Positions 40,310-51,058 of a stretch of 64,000 bases of DNA are shown piece by piece. Within the stretch, counting starts at the first letter, position 1. The number at the start of each line of letters is the position of its first letter. Location: contig CAWEEQ010000001.1 of assembly GCA_963808235.1 (NCBI GenBank), positions 32,001 through 96,000 on the forward strand, written 5' to 3'. Made by a program: the position numbers and the translations under genes. Source of the stretch: an uncultured delta proteobacterium. Its GTDB lineage: Bacteria > Desulfobacterota > Binatia > Binatales > Binataceae. Under the pieces are notes generated by a model. It did not search any database. It saw only the letters and a program-made list of their open reading frames with translations, and had not been told where the DNA came from.

Positions 40310-42287
40310 TTGTTCGGCAAGCTTGCTCTACATTTGCGCGCTCTTGTTCGGCGTTTCTGCAGCCGCTGCGAATCTGCCCTCGGACTGGCAGCACGACCAA
40401 TCGTTTGACGTTTCGACAACCGGACTTATGAAAATGAGTTTGCCGGTTGAGACGCTCGACAGTGCGCGTCCCGCACTCGAAGACTTGCGGCTCTACGACG
40501 GCGCGGGAAATGAAGTGCCGTATTTAATCGAACGCCCCGCGCCGGCCGCAAAAGCCGTGCAGGCGGCAAAATCATTTCAGGTTTCGCTCAACGCAAGCAC
40601 CACCGTCATCACGCTCGAAACGGGAATGGCGCAGCCGCTCGATGGCGTCCGGCTTGAAAGTCCGGCGATGGATTTTATCAAGGCGGTGCTCGTTGAAAGT
40701 TCCGAAGACGGCACGCATTGGCAGAGTTCCGCGCAAGGCCAGCCGATTTTTCGTCAGCCAGACGGCGCAAGTCATTTGCAAATTTCATTTCCGCCGATCT
40801 CTTCAAAATGGCTCCGCCTTACCGTGGACGATGGGCGTTCGCCGCCGGTTCCGTTCACCGGCGCGCTGGTCGAGGCAGCCACGGCAGCCTGCGCCCGCTG
40901 AGAAATGATCTCGGCCACGATCACCGAACGCGATGAAAATCCCGGAGAAACGCGGCTCGCGTTGAGCCTCGGCGCGGCGAACTTGAGCGTCGCCTCCGTC
41001 CATCTTGCAACCGCCGAACCGCTTTTTATGCGCCAGGTTTCAATCGCCTTCCCGAAAATGTCGGAAGATTCCATACGCGAAGAAACCATCGGGCAAGGCA
41101 CGATCTATCGCGTCGCCGTCGAAGGTCAGGCGCCTTCTGAAAGTCTTTCCGTACCGCTGGAACGTCTGGTGCGCTCGCGCGAATTGTTTCTTCTCCTGAA
41201 AAACGGCGATAGCCGACCGCTGCCGATTTCTTCGGTCCGCGTGGAGCGGCGTCCGGTTTATCTCGTTTTCCTCGCGCGGCAACCGGGCGCATATCATTTG
41301 CTCACCGGCAACGTTCATTGCGACGCGCCGCGTTACGATCTGGCCGCGCTGGTGATGAATCTCAAAGACGTTCCAGTTTCGTCAACTAAAATTCCGCCAC
41401 CGTCCGATAACCCGGATTTTCGCGCGCCCGAAGTTTTGCCCGGACTTGAAGTAACTGGCGCGGCACTCGACGTTTCGGAATGGAAATTCCGCAAACCGGT
41501 GAAACTTTCCAAGGGCGGAGCGCAGCAAATCGAACCCGACCTCGACGTGCTCGCGCACGCGAGGCCGGACTTCGCGGATTTGCGCGTGCTGCACGGCAGC
41601 AATCAGGTCCCTTACATCATCGAGCGCACGTCCATCAGCCGCGCGCTCACGCCGTCGGCCACCGCGGCGGTCGACCCGAAAGATCCGAAGCTGAGCCGCT
41701 GGACTATTAAACTTCCCCGGAGCGGTTTGCCGATCGCACGCCTGACTTGCGTCTCGAGAACGCCGCTGTTCGAACGCTCGATGTCGCTCTACGAAGAAGT
41801 CACAGATGAGCGAGGCAGCAAATATCGCCAACCACTGGGTGGCGCGACCTGGACACAAACCCCGGAACGGCAGTCGAAAGAATTTACCTTGACGCTGGAC
41901 AACCCGCTGCAGAGCGACACTTTAATCCTCGAAACGGAGAACGGCGACAATCCGCTTATCGAACTGGAAAAATTCACGGCGTTCTATCCGGCCACGCGAA
42001 TCTTGTTCAAGACAAAGCCGGACGACGGACTGTTTCTCTACTACGGCAACCCGTCCGTGTCGCCGCCGAGTTACGATTTGAGCCTCGTCGCCGAACAATT
42101 GCTGGCGGCTGAAAAAAATGTCGCGTCGCTTTCCGCCGAGGAGCAATTAAAAAAATCTTCCTGGTATGAAAATCAGATACCAGGCCGTGGCGGCGTGCTC
42201 TTCTGGGGAATTCTTGGATTGGTGGTTGTCGTATTGCTCGTCGTGATTTCGCTGCTGCTGCCGAAATCGCTGCCGCCGGCGGTGTAA
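40293..42287 (+). CDS. Secreted, C-terminally anchored protein, DUF3999-like, with an internal duplication; interrupted at about 40899
   Basis: Signal peptide; two DLR..G.(E/Q)VPY units; ENGDN.(P/L) and YGNP....PSYDL motifs; C-terminal TM; overlaps the DUF2339 stop. Confidence 0.7.
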
Positions 42288-42288
42288 C

Positions 42289-44106
42289 TCACGACCCGAG
42301 AGTTGTTGCGGGATAATAGATTCCTTCGGGCTGGCGCACCCACCATGCTCCAGTTGCTTTTTTTTCGGCAGGGCTGGAATAGCGATAGTCGTAAAGCAAG
42401 GCCCTTACGTAGAGAGGGGGTTTGCGAGGAAACGGATTGCTCGCGAGCAGCGCCGTCACGTCCGGCGAATTTTCCAGCAACCGCCGCAAGAACATCGTAA
42501 ACCAGGGATTTTCCGAAGCCGTCCCGAGGGCGGCAAACCACATCTGCCAGTCAAGGCGCGGCTGGTGCGGAAGATTCCATCGCGGCGCCCGCATCATGTC
42601 ACCCGGTTTGTATTTGAATTCGTATTCGCGCCAGTTAACGCCATCGTCCGATCCTTCGACGATAATCTCCGGCAGGGTGGTGGTCATCACCGCAAACAGA
42701 CCGTACGTATTGACTATACGCAGCGGCGCGATTTCGCCGTAGATCCATGCGCCCGGGGCGGAGACCCGACCGCCGAACTCCGCATGAAGCTGGACAAGAC
42801 CGGCGGTTACAATCAACATCGCGAACGCTCCGACGACGGTAAGAGAAACGACTCTTATCGGCTTGATTTCCTGAACGTGGTGTTTCACGAACCGGGTCAG
42901 GTTTTCCGGAAGAACTTTGCGCAGCGCGGCATCGTCGAACAGCACCAAACACAAGGCCATGGTCAGCAGATTGAAGAACGCGTAATTGCCGGTAAGAAGG
43001 ATCACAACTTGCAACAGCAAAATGCCGAACGCGGCGACGAACCTCAGCCGGCGCGGGCAGAAAATTAAAAACGGTAGTCCCAGTTCGATAACAAGGGTCG
43101 CTGCCGTTGCCGCCGTGAGTACACCCTGCGGCAGGTGATGTGCGTACCAGCCGAGCGGCGTAGGCAGTGGCTCGGTCTGAAAATAGTAGGAGAGCGCGGA
43201 GAGGTTGGCCCAGGTGGGGTCGCCGCTCAGAACCTTGACCGCGCCGGAAAGGAACATGAAGCGGAATAGCAGCCATCGCAGCAACCATATGCCCGGCTTG
43301 GTAGCGATGCTCAGTAGTAGGGCAAGGAATCCAGCTTCGAGCAAAAGCAGATCCCACTGAAAGCCCATAAACTCCTGACCGGCGTAAAAGATCGAGAGAT
43401 AAAGCGCATAGAGAAAAAACAGGCTGAGTCGAGGCAGAAAATTGAAAATCAGGAGCATCGACAGCGCGGCCCCCGCCCAAGCCGCGGCCTGAATTGCGAA
43501 ATCGCTTTGGTCCAGCCAGAACACCATCGGAAACCGCCAGTAGCCGTCTAAGGCGAGATGGCTCCGGACGACGTCGGCGAACTCGGATAGCGGCAGGATG
43601 CCGTGGCTGCCGATCAATCCCAGCGCCTGCACGGCAAATGAGATGAAGGCAGCAAGATAAATCAGTCCCATCGCGCGCAGAAACAGCCACGAAACCAGAT
43701 CGAATCGCGGCGGCTCATAGTCGCGTCCCCACAGCCACAGGCTCGGGCGATACAACGCGGAACGATGCGAAGCGACAAACGCATACAAGCCCTCGGCGAT
43801 TGCGGCAAAACCGGGAAGACGCCGATAAAGCATCAGCCAGAAGCCCTTGCCGCTTGCGTGACTTAACGCAAGAAGAGCGGCTTCGGCGCCGCTCGCGATT
43901 TTCCCATCGGGCGCTACGTATTGGACGGCGCGCTGGAAAGCGGTCACAGGAATATCCGGATATTGTGCGGCTACTTCCTGGTACGGCGCGTAAGTCACGA
44001 GATCGCCGGTGAGTCTCTGCCAATAACGCACCCAGATGATGCAAAATCCGCAATCACCGTCGTAGATCAGAATCGGCTGGCGGGAGACGGTGTTCGTTGT
44101 TTGCAT
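42289..44106 (-). CDS. Lipase maturation factor (LMF) family protein fused to an N-terminal DCC1-like thiol-disulfide domain
   Basis: IYDGDCGFC; FQWDLLLLEAGF, TEPLPTPL, NTYGLFAVMT and PHQPRLDWQMWFAAL motifs. Confidence 0.9.
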   Translation of the reverse strand: MQTTNTVSRQPILIYDGDCGFCIIWVRYWQRLTGDLVTYAPYQEVAAQYPDIPVTAFQRAVQYVAPDGKIASGAEAALLALSHASGKGFWLMLYRRLPGFAAIAEGLYAFVASHRSALYRPSLWLWGRDYEPPRFDLVSWLFLRAMGLIYLAAFISFAVQALGLIGSHGILPLSEFADVVRSHLALDGYWRFPMVFWLDQSDFAIQAAAWAGAALSMLLIFNFLPRLSLFFLYALYLSIFYAGQEFMGFQWDLLLLEAGFLALLLSIATKPGIWLLRWLLFRFMFLSGAVKVLSGDPTWANLSALSYYFQTEPLPTPLGWYAHHLPQGVLTAATAATLVIELGLPFLIFCPRRLRFVAAFGILLLQVVILLTGNYAFFNLLTMALCLVLFDDAALRKVLPENLTRFVKHHVQEIKPIRVVSLTVVGAFAMLIVTAGLVQLHAEFGGRVSAPGAWIYGEIAPLRIVNTYGLFAVMTTTLPEIIVEGSDDGVNWREYEFKYKPGDMMRAPRWNLPHQPRLDWQMWFAALGTASENPWFTMFLRRLLENSPDVTALLASNPFPRKPPLYVRALLYDYRYSSPAEKKATGAWWVRQPEGIYYPATTLGS

Positions 44107-44265
44107 AACGCCAGATTATCCTCAAAGACCAAAAAAGAGAGAGTGTTTCGATTCTGATCGCGTTCCAGGAGGACGCGCCTTGACCCGTTCGACCACCTCG
44201 CATCCCAAGGCGCTTGATCGCAACTGACCAAAAAGATTAGAGAAGTCATTCGGGAGCCAGTCCTA

Positions 44266-45870
44266 GTGACGGCTCCCCGGGGGAGAAGGGCGCTACGAAC
44301 GTCCAACATCGGACCCGATGCCGCGATCGGATCGAGCAATTCGGGAGCCACCCGGATTGATGAGCCCATCCGCGCCGGCCGCGACGCGCTCACACAGCAG
44401 CCGCTCAGCCTTAGTGCGCCGCGGCTATTCGGTATCTTCGCCCTCGAACTGCTTTTGATTGATATCGCGCGGCTTCCCAACGACTTGTATTTCGATCGCT
44501 TCGCGTTCTTCGACAATGGCGCGAACCTCAGCCTGCAATACCTGACGTCGATCGGATATCGGCCGGCGATTGATTTCGGCTATCAATACGGACTGCTCGC
44601 GGCGCTGGTCGGAAGAGCGTGGTTTGGATGCCTCGGCGCGACGCCTTTCGCCTATGAATTGGCGATGGCGACCGGCGCGATTTTGTTCGCGTGGGCGATG
44701 GCGAAGATCTTCGCGGGGCGGAAGATCGGCGCGTCGGGCCTCGCGCTGTTGATCATATCGCTCGGCTTCGCCTTCCAGAGCAGCTATCCAAACCTGGCTC
44801 ATTGCATCGAGGCGGTGATCCTCTCCCACGCGCTCGCTGAGCAGGTTCGCGGGTCCAATCGAAACGCGCTCGTGCTCGCGACCCTCGCGATCTTCGACAA
44901 ACCGAGCATGGGCTACGTACTCGGCACCGTCTTGTTGTTACTGATCGCGCTCGAGGTTCGTCGCAAGCACGGCACTTTCCGCGATTTCATCGATGCTGTC
45001 ATTCCGGGCGCCATCGTCTCTATCGTCCTGAGCGTCGTGCTGATCACTATCTACGGCGCACGATCTTTTCTTTTCACGATGGTGCCGATCGAAGGCGTAA
45101 GCCTTTATCGCGAAGCGCACTTTGGCTTTATCAACGGCCCCGGGAGAGTTCTCTGGGATCCATCTGGCCGGCCGCTGCGTCGCTACTTCCTCGATATCCC
45201 CGGCTTCTGGATGGCGAGCACTGTGTACTTGGTCATCGCGGCTGTCGCGCAAGTCATGAGCTATCTCCGGAGTAAGAGCCTGCCGCGCGCCGGCGAGGCT
45301 ATCATAACGTGTGCAGTCCTCCATCTTACTTTCATCTTTGTGCTTTTTGGCAGCGGGGCATCGTGGATTTACGATTCGTACCTGCTCGCGATCGGATGCG
45401 GTCTCGCGACGGAGACGGGTAGGCGATGGCAGCTGTTTGCAGCACCACTATGCGCGTTGGCCATGCTGGCGTGGTTCGACACCGCTGTTGACATCGGTCG
45501 CGAGTGGAAATGGACCTCGCCCAATCCGGCGACAGCCGGACTATGGGCCGCACCTGAAGAAGCCGGCGAATGGAACCGGGTGGTCGCCATGGCGCATCGG
45601 GAAAAGATGATCGTGATCGATAACGACGGCGCAGTTGAACTGATGTATCCGGAGTTTGGCAAGCCGGTCAGTCTCTATCTCAATCCCGGCTTGCGGACGA
45701 CGGAAGAGGTCGCACGAAAAGTCGCGCAACTCTCAACCGCGAGCGCATTCGTGGTGTCTCGGGCCCAGCGCTCATTTGGCGTCGGAGACGCGCCCGAGAT
45801 CACCGCCGCGACGCGGGAATTCGAACCCGAGTGGAAAGGTAATTTCTTCGAGGTTTATCGGCGGCGATAA
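44266..45870 (+). CDS. Polytopic membrane protein, possible GT-C glycosyltransferase (start uncertain)
   Basis: Acidic DNG after TM1, G.RP..DF.YQYG.L loop, about 11 TMs and a periplasmic C-terminal domain. Confidence 0.55.
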   Translation: MTAPRGRRALRTSNIGPDAAIGSSNSGATRIDEPIRAGRDALTQQPLSLSAPRLFGIFALELLLIDIARLPNDLYFDRFAFFDNGANLSLQYLTSIGYRPAIDFGYQYGLLAALVGRAWFGCLGATPFAYELAMATGAILFAWAMAKIFAGRKIGASGLALLIISLGFAFQSSYPNLAHCIEAVILSHALAEQVRGSNRNALVLATLAIFDKPSMGYVLGTVLLLLIALEVRRKHGTFRDFIDAVIPGAIVSIVLSVVLITIYGARSFLFTMVPIEGVSLYREAHFGFINGPGRVLWDPSGRPLRRYFLDIPGFWMASTVYLVIAAVAQVMSYLRSKSLPRAGEAIITCAVLHLTFIFVLFGSGASWIYDSYLLAIGCGLATETGRRWQLFAAPLCALAMLAWFDTAVDIGREWKWTSPNPATAGLWAAPEEAGEWNRVVAMAHREKMIVIDNDGAVELMYPEFGKPVSLYLNPGLRTTEEVARKVAQLSTASAFVVSRAQRSFGVGDAPEITAATREFEPEWKGNFFEVYRRR

Positions 45871-45874
45871 ATCA

Positions 45875-47233
45875 GTGGCTGAGAGCGCAACACAGATCGG
45901 GCGCCGCGGCAGTGTTGCCAATCCTCATATCGTCGTTATCGGCGCCGGATTCACCGGCCTTGCGGCCGCCTACCAGCTCGCGAGCATGGGAGTCGGCGTG
46001 ACCGTGCTCGAGGCGGACGCCGAGGTGGGCGGACTGGCCGGCTGTTTCGAGGTCAACGGCGAGCGGCTCGAGAAGTTCTATCATCATTGGTTTCTCAGCG
46101 ACTCCCACATCATGCAGCTAGTCGAGGAACTGGGCTGCGAGGACAATATCATTTGCCGGCCGACTCGGACGGGGATGTACCTCGCCAACAATTTCTTCAA
46201 CCTGAGCACTCCGCTCGACCTATTGAGATTCAAGCCGCTTAAGTACATCGATCGGATCCGGCTTGCGGCGCTGGTCTTGCGCGCACGAGCGGTAGTTGAC
46301 TGGGAACAGCTCGAGTCGCTTACGGCCGAGCAATGGCTCTCGCAGCTCGGTGGCAGTACCGTCTACAAGGTCGTCTGGGAGCCGCTTTTGCGCGGTAAGT
46401 TCGGATCCCACGTGTCCGATATCTCCGCGGTATGGTTCTGGAACAAACTGAAGCTCAGAGGCAGGAGCCGGGATCGCAGGGGTCACGAGATATTGGCTTA
46501 CTATCGGGGCGGCTTCGCAGCGCTGGCGAGACGGATTGCTGCGGAAATCACCGCCAAGGGTGGGCAGATTCGAACCGGGGCCGCCGCCGGTGCCCTGCTC
46601 GTCGACGGCAATCGCGTCACCGGTCTGAAGACCGGGAATGAAGTAATCGAGGCGGACGCCGTGATTGCGACGCCCGCGCTGCCAATCATCGCCGATCTCC
46701 TTCGGCCTCACGTTCTTCAGGACTACGTGGACCGGTTATGCAAAATCCAGTACCTGGCCAATCTCTGTGTCGTCCTGGAGCTCGATCGGAGTCTCTCCAA
46801 GACCTATTGGTTGAACGTCAATGACCCAGGGTTTCCATTCGTCGGCGTGATCGAACACACCAATTTCGAGCTGGCCGAAACCTACGGTGGCAGGCACATA
46901 GTCTATCTGTCGAAGTATCTGGCTGAGAGCGACCCGCTGTATGCGATCAGTGACGCGCAGGTGCTTGAGTATTCGCTCCCTCACCTGCAGCGCATGTTTC
47001 CGGATTTTGCACGCAGTTGGATACTTGCCTCGCACGTCTGGCGCGCCCGTTTCGCGCAGCCAGTCGTTCTTCGTGGTTACAGAAACATGATTCCCCCTGC
47101 GCAAACGCCGATCGACGGCTTCTATATCGCTACGATGGCGCAGATCTATCCCGAGGACCGGGGCACCAACTACGCGGTAAGAGAAGGCAGAGCCATCGCA
47201 CAAACGGTATGCGACCGAGTGCGGGGCTCATAA
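45875..47233 (+). CDS. FAD-dependent oxidoreductase (amine oxidase/protoporphyrinogen oxidase-like)
   Basis: GAGFTGLAAA, VGGLAG, EKFYHH and QIYPEDRGTNYAV motifs. Confidence 0.85.
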   Translation: MAESATQIGRRGSVANPHIVVIGAGFTGLAAAYQLASMGVGVTVLEADAEVGGLAGCFEVNGERLEKFYHHWFLSDSHIMQLVEELGCEDNIICRPTRTGMYLANNFFNLSTPLDLLRFKPLKYIDRIRLAALVLRARAVVDWEQLESLTAEQWLSQLGGSTVYKVVWEPLLRGKFGSHVSDISAVWFWNKLKLRGRSRDRRGHEILAYYRGGFAALARRIAAEITAKGGQIRTGAAAGALLVDGNRVTGLKTGNEVIEADAVIATPALPIIADLLRPHVLQDYVDRLCKIQYLANLCVVLELDRSLSKTYWLNVNDPGFPFVGVIEHTNFELAETYGGRHIVYLSKYLAESDPLYAISDAQVLEYSLPHLQRMFPDFARSWILASHVWRARFAQPVVLRGYRNMIPPAQTPIDGFYIATMAQIYPEDRGTNYAVREGRAIAQTVCDRVRGS

Positions 47234-47262
47234 ACCGCGCTGGCGCGCGCGTTCTCTTTCGC

Positions 47263-47976
47263 TCACTGAATCCAGCCCCGATCCTGGAATCTGGTCTTGA
47301 GCTCCACAGCGATTGCGTCGGCAGTCGCTTTTGCTCTCCCCTCCAGTGTGTTCCTGCCGCTCGCCTCCCCGTAAACTTTCAACCCGCCGACGACAATCAG
47401 GCCGATTGGATTTCCGGTAGCGATCGCCACGGCGGCCGGCACGACCATTCCGGGGGTTTTATTTCCGGACGAGCTAAGAGTACCCGACCCGAGTTTGCGC
47501 AAGCCTTGGGGCGTCACAGCGTAGCCTTCGACCACGGTATCCATTTCGGAAGTTCCGTAGCCGAATCCGATGACGAAACGCTTGACGGCGCCCCCACCCT
47601 GGACCGAGACCAGGTAACCGCGGATTACTCCATCGCCGACTTGCGGCGAGGATCCCGGCCCGGCCTGCACGGCGGTCAGGCCCATCGCGTTGATATCAGC
47701 GACCAGATCCGCGGCGATAGACGCGCCGAGCTGACGGCCCTCTTCGATTTGTTTGCGCGTCAGTGGGGTGCTCGGCGCAGTGACCGAACCGCTGATCGAG
47801 GAATCGGCCGGCATGTCGGCGGGGTCGGCGACGAAGTTGTACACCCAAATCCGATTGGGCCGCGCCATCCCCTGGTTGACCACCGGTGTTTGCTGAGTGA
47901 CTTGCGTCGAGGCGCACCCGGTTACAACAAACAGGGCGAGCAAACATAGTGCGATACGGCTACTAGACTTCATCAC
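47263..47976 (-). CDS. Lipoprotein, DUF4410-like
   Basis: Lipobox VTGC; RIWVYNF and KRFVIGFGYGTS motifs; GGAG RBS. Confidence 0.7.
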   Translation of the reverse strand: MMKSSSRIALCLLALFVVTGCASTQVTQQTPVVNQGMARPNRIWVYNFVADPADMPADSSISGSVTAPSTPLTRKQIEEGRQLGASIAADLVADINAMGLTAVQAGPGSSPQVGDGVIRGYLVSVQGGGAVKRFVIGFGYGTSEMDTVVEGYAVTPQGLRKLGSGTLSSSGNKTPGMVVPAAVAIATGNPIGLIVVGGLKVYGEASGRNTLEGRAKATADAIAVELKTRFQDRGWIQ

Positions 47977-48443
47977 GAATCTCCTCGAGGCGTTTGGTGG
48001 AGCAGATTTCCGTACGGCATACCTGATCGAGCACGCCCTTGCTCAATTGATACCTCGATCGCGGCGTCCTGCGCTTTCTCTCTTCTATCTTCTACAAACG
48101 CGACGCCTAGAAGTCGAACAGATTGTCCTTGATCAATTTCGGAATAACCGGCGTTACGTTTCTCCGCCGCAGTCTCGTCAGCAGCCCGGCACGAAATAGT
48201 CATCGCTACCACCCATACGGAGGTTGACGCAAATTTGTCCTTATTGGAGGATAGCGGTCGCACATATACCTCTCGTTCGGTTTTCCGGGGTTGAACTTGC
48301 GGACCTGCGGGTGTGCGGTCTTCTTGTACGCGGCGAAACTGTTCGATCAGAACGAAGTCCGATTTCCAGTCTTGACTGGCACTGTCCAAGGAAACAACGT
48401 TGAGCAATTTTCAGCCGCTAACTGCCGCCGAGGTTTATCGACA

Positions 48444-49997
48444 ATGAAGTTACTGACCAAGCCCGAGGGCCGATCATTGCCGTTGATACTCGCGGCGGCA
48501 GTCCTGATTTCCACCTCGCCGCTGATCACCGGTTGCTCGCGTGGCGATGAACAACCCGCCGCCGCGCCGTCCTCGGACGCGCAACCGAGCGTCGCGGCGA
48601 CTGCGGCGCCGGCAGCTCCTCCTCCCGCGGCGGCCGTTGAACCCGGTCCACCTCCTGGGGCTGCTACCGTGCAAGAGTTGCAGGAGCTGGTCTCGCCCAT
48701 CGCGCTCTATCCCGATGTGCTGGTGGCGCAGATTCTCGCCGGATCGACCTATCCTACCCAGGTGGTCGAGGCCGATAGATGGCTCAAGCAGAACCCGAAC
48801 CTGACCGGCGATCAGCTAGCCGCTCAGGTGAATCCGCAGCCGTGGGATCCGAGTATCAAGTCGTTGACTCAGTTCCCTACTGTACTGCAAACGATGAACG
48901 ACAATCTGGCCTGGACTTCGGCGCTGGGCGAAGCGTACTACAATCAGCCCTCTGATGTGATGAATGCGATCCAGGTACTGCGCAACATGGCGGTAAACGC
49001 TGGAACCCTCAAGACCACAGATCAACAGAAAGTCGAAGTCGCGCCGGCTCCTCCCGCGGCCGCCCAAGCCGCCGGGCAACCCTCGGTGCAGCAGACGGTC
49101 GTCATCCAGCCAGCCCAGCCGACTACGGTCTATGTCCCGCAATACAATCCGACCACCGCTTACGGCGCACCGGTTGCGGCGCCTGCGGGGTACACCGGGA
49201 GCGATTTGCTCCTTACGGGTGTTTTGTCGTTTGGCGCAGGAATTTTGGTTGGGTCGCTGATCAACAACGGCAACAATAACTGGGGCTGCAATTGGTATGG
49301 GGGCGGCGGCCATAGCAGCTCGGTCAAGTACAACAACAACGTTTACGTCACGAACAACAACGTATACCCGGGACGACCCCCTGGTGGGGGTTACCCTGGA
49401 TATCGTCCGCCGAACGCGGGGTATCCGCGCCCGGGATATCCTCCCCGTCCCGCGCAATATCCCGCAACGCGGCCGGCTTACAACGGTAGCGGTGGATACA
49501 ATCGTCCGAACACCGGCGCAATTCCGGCAACGCGGCCGTACAACCCGACGACCGCAAGGCCGTATGCGGCGAACAATCCCAGTCAAATGAAACCAAATTT
49601 TCCCAAAGCCAGTACGCTTCCCAACAATCCGGCCGGGTCAAATCTGAACAAGAACAATGCGGCGAAAAATCGACCCAACCAACCAACTAATCCCGTCGCA
49701 TCCACTCGTCCTGCAGAGGCCAATCGTCCAGCTCAGGCCAAGCCCGCAAATCGCGCATCCGATCCAGCGCGAGGATTTGCGAAAGACTCTGGCAGCAAGG
49801 GCGGCCGCAATAGCGCCTTGGGTGGATATGAACCCGGCGGAGCTGCACAGGCATCGAGCAACCGCGGACAAAACAGTCTGAAGGGAAACCAAAGGGCGGC
49901 CGGCGAACGCGGCAACGCTTCTGGTGGAAACAATCCCAAACGCGGCGGGACTGGCGGAGGCGGCGGCGGAAATCGCGGTGGGCGAAAAAAGGGGTAA
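48444..49997 (+). CDS. DUF3300-like lipoprotein with a long low-complexity tail
   Basis: Lipobox ITGC; PIALYPD..AQIL.GSTYP, WDPSIKSL.QFP and VYVPQYNP motifs; Pro/Asn/Gly/Arg tail. Confidence 0.85.
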   Translation: MKLLTKPEGRSLPLILAAAVLISTSPLITGCSRGDEQPAAAPSSDAQPSVAATAAPAAPPPAAAVEPGPPPGAATVQELQELVSPIALYPDVLVAQILAGSTYPTQVVEADRWLKQNPNLTGDQLAAQVNPQPWDPSIKSLTQFPTVLQTMNDNLAWTSALGEAYYNQPSDVMNAIQVLRNMAVNAGTLKTTDQQKVEVAPAPPAAAQAAGQPSVQQTVVIQPAQPTTVYVPQYNPTTAYGAPVAAPAGYTGSDLLLTGVLSFGAGILVGSLINNGNNNWGCNWYGGGGHSSSVKYNNNVYVTNNNVYPGRPPGGGYPGYRPPNAGYPRPGYPPRPAQYPATRPAYNGSGGYNRPNTGAIPATRPYNPTTARPYAANNPSQMKPNFPKASTLPNNPAGSNLNKNNAAKNRPNQPTNPVASTRPAEANRPAQAKPANRASDPARGFAKDSGSKGGRNSALGGYEPGGAAQASSNRGQNSLKGNQRAAGERGNASGGNNPKRGGTGGGGGGNRGGRKKG

Positions 49998-50088
49998 TCG
50001 AGGAATTCCAATGACGCCGAATGAAATGTCCAGGGGATACCTCATCGTCGACTTGCACCACGCGGCGAACGCGACAGGGAAAAGGCTC

Positions 50089-51057
50089 ATGTCTAATTTT
50101 TTCCAACATTCCGGAGTCAGGATCTCGCTCGTTCGCCCGGCTGCCGCTCTTGGAGCGCTCCTGCTGGCGTGCCTGTTGGCCCCAGGTTTCGCATTCGCAG
50201 ATGGATCCACGGCTCAACAGGTGTTCCCTTCGCCGGACGCCGCGGTCAGCGCGCTGGTTGCCGCCGGCAAAGCGGACGACATGAAAACCCTGGGCTCCAT
50301 TCTGGGCCCGGACTCGGATCAGATCCTTTCATCGGGAGATCCAGTCGCAGATAGCAATGCCCGCAACGACTTCCTGCGCAACTATCAGGAAATGCATCGG
50401 CTCGCCTATGACGATCAGGGGCGGGTCATTCTTTATGTCGGCGCTCAGAACTGGCCGGTTCCAATTCCGCTCGTAAAGAAGAATGACGGGTGGGTTTTCG
50501 ATACGGCCGCCGGTAAGGAAGAGCTGCTATTCCGACGAGTAGGTCGAAACGAGCTATTCACAATCAACGTTCTGCAAGACCTCGTGAACGCTCAGGCGGA
50601 GTATGCAAGCGAAGCGCGCGATGGCGAAAGCACCGGCCAGTTCGCTCAGAAAATCCTGAGCGATGCCGGTAAGCACAACGGTCTTTACTGGGAAGCCGGC
50701 GAAGGACAACCCGAAAGTCCGATTGGACCGCTGGTCGCGAGCGCAACCGCCCAAGGTTACAAGAAGGACAGTGCCGATAATCCAGTTCCATTTCATGGGT
50801 ACTACTACAAGGCACTGACAAGGCAAGGTAAGAATGCTCCGGGCGGTGCAAAGAATTATTTGGTCGATGGCAAGATGACCAATGGATTCGCATACGTCGC
50901 CTATCCAGCTGAGTATCGCGCATCGGGAGTGATGACATTCATGGTCAACCAGGATGGTATCATCGTTCAGAAAGATCTCGGACCCGACACCGCCAAGTTG
51001 GCTGGCGAAATAACCGAATTCAATCCCGACAAGACGTGGCAAGAAGTGGACGAGTAG
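50089..51057 (+). CDS. DUF2950-like secreted protein
   Basis: LSSGDPVAD, WPVPIPLVK, RRVGRNEL, GLYW, PFHGYYYK and PAEYRASGVMTF motifs. Confidence 0.85.
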   Translation: MSNFFQHSGVRISLVRPAAALGALLLACLLAPGFAFADGSTAQQVFPSPDAAVSALVAAGKADDMKTLGSILGPDSDQILSSGDPVADSNARNDFLRNYQEMHRLAYDDQGRVILYVGAQNWPVPIPLVKKNDGWVFDTAAGKEELLFRRVGRNELFTINVLQDLVNAQAEYASEARDGESTGQFAQKILSDAGKHNGLYWEAGEGQPESPIGPLVASATAQGYKKDSADNPVPFHGYYYKALTRQGKNAPGGAKNYLVDGKMTNGFAYVAYPAEYRASGVMTFMVNQDGIIVQKDLGPDTAKLAGEITEFNPDKTWQEVDE

Positions 51058-51058
51058 T

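Noticed and set aside
40899-40901. In-frame TGA in the DUF3999-like gene as selenocysteine or readthrough
   Set aside because: No redox-motif context or obvious SECIS; an alternative local frame (PAPAE) suggests compensating indels in an error-rich stretch
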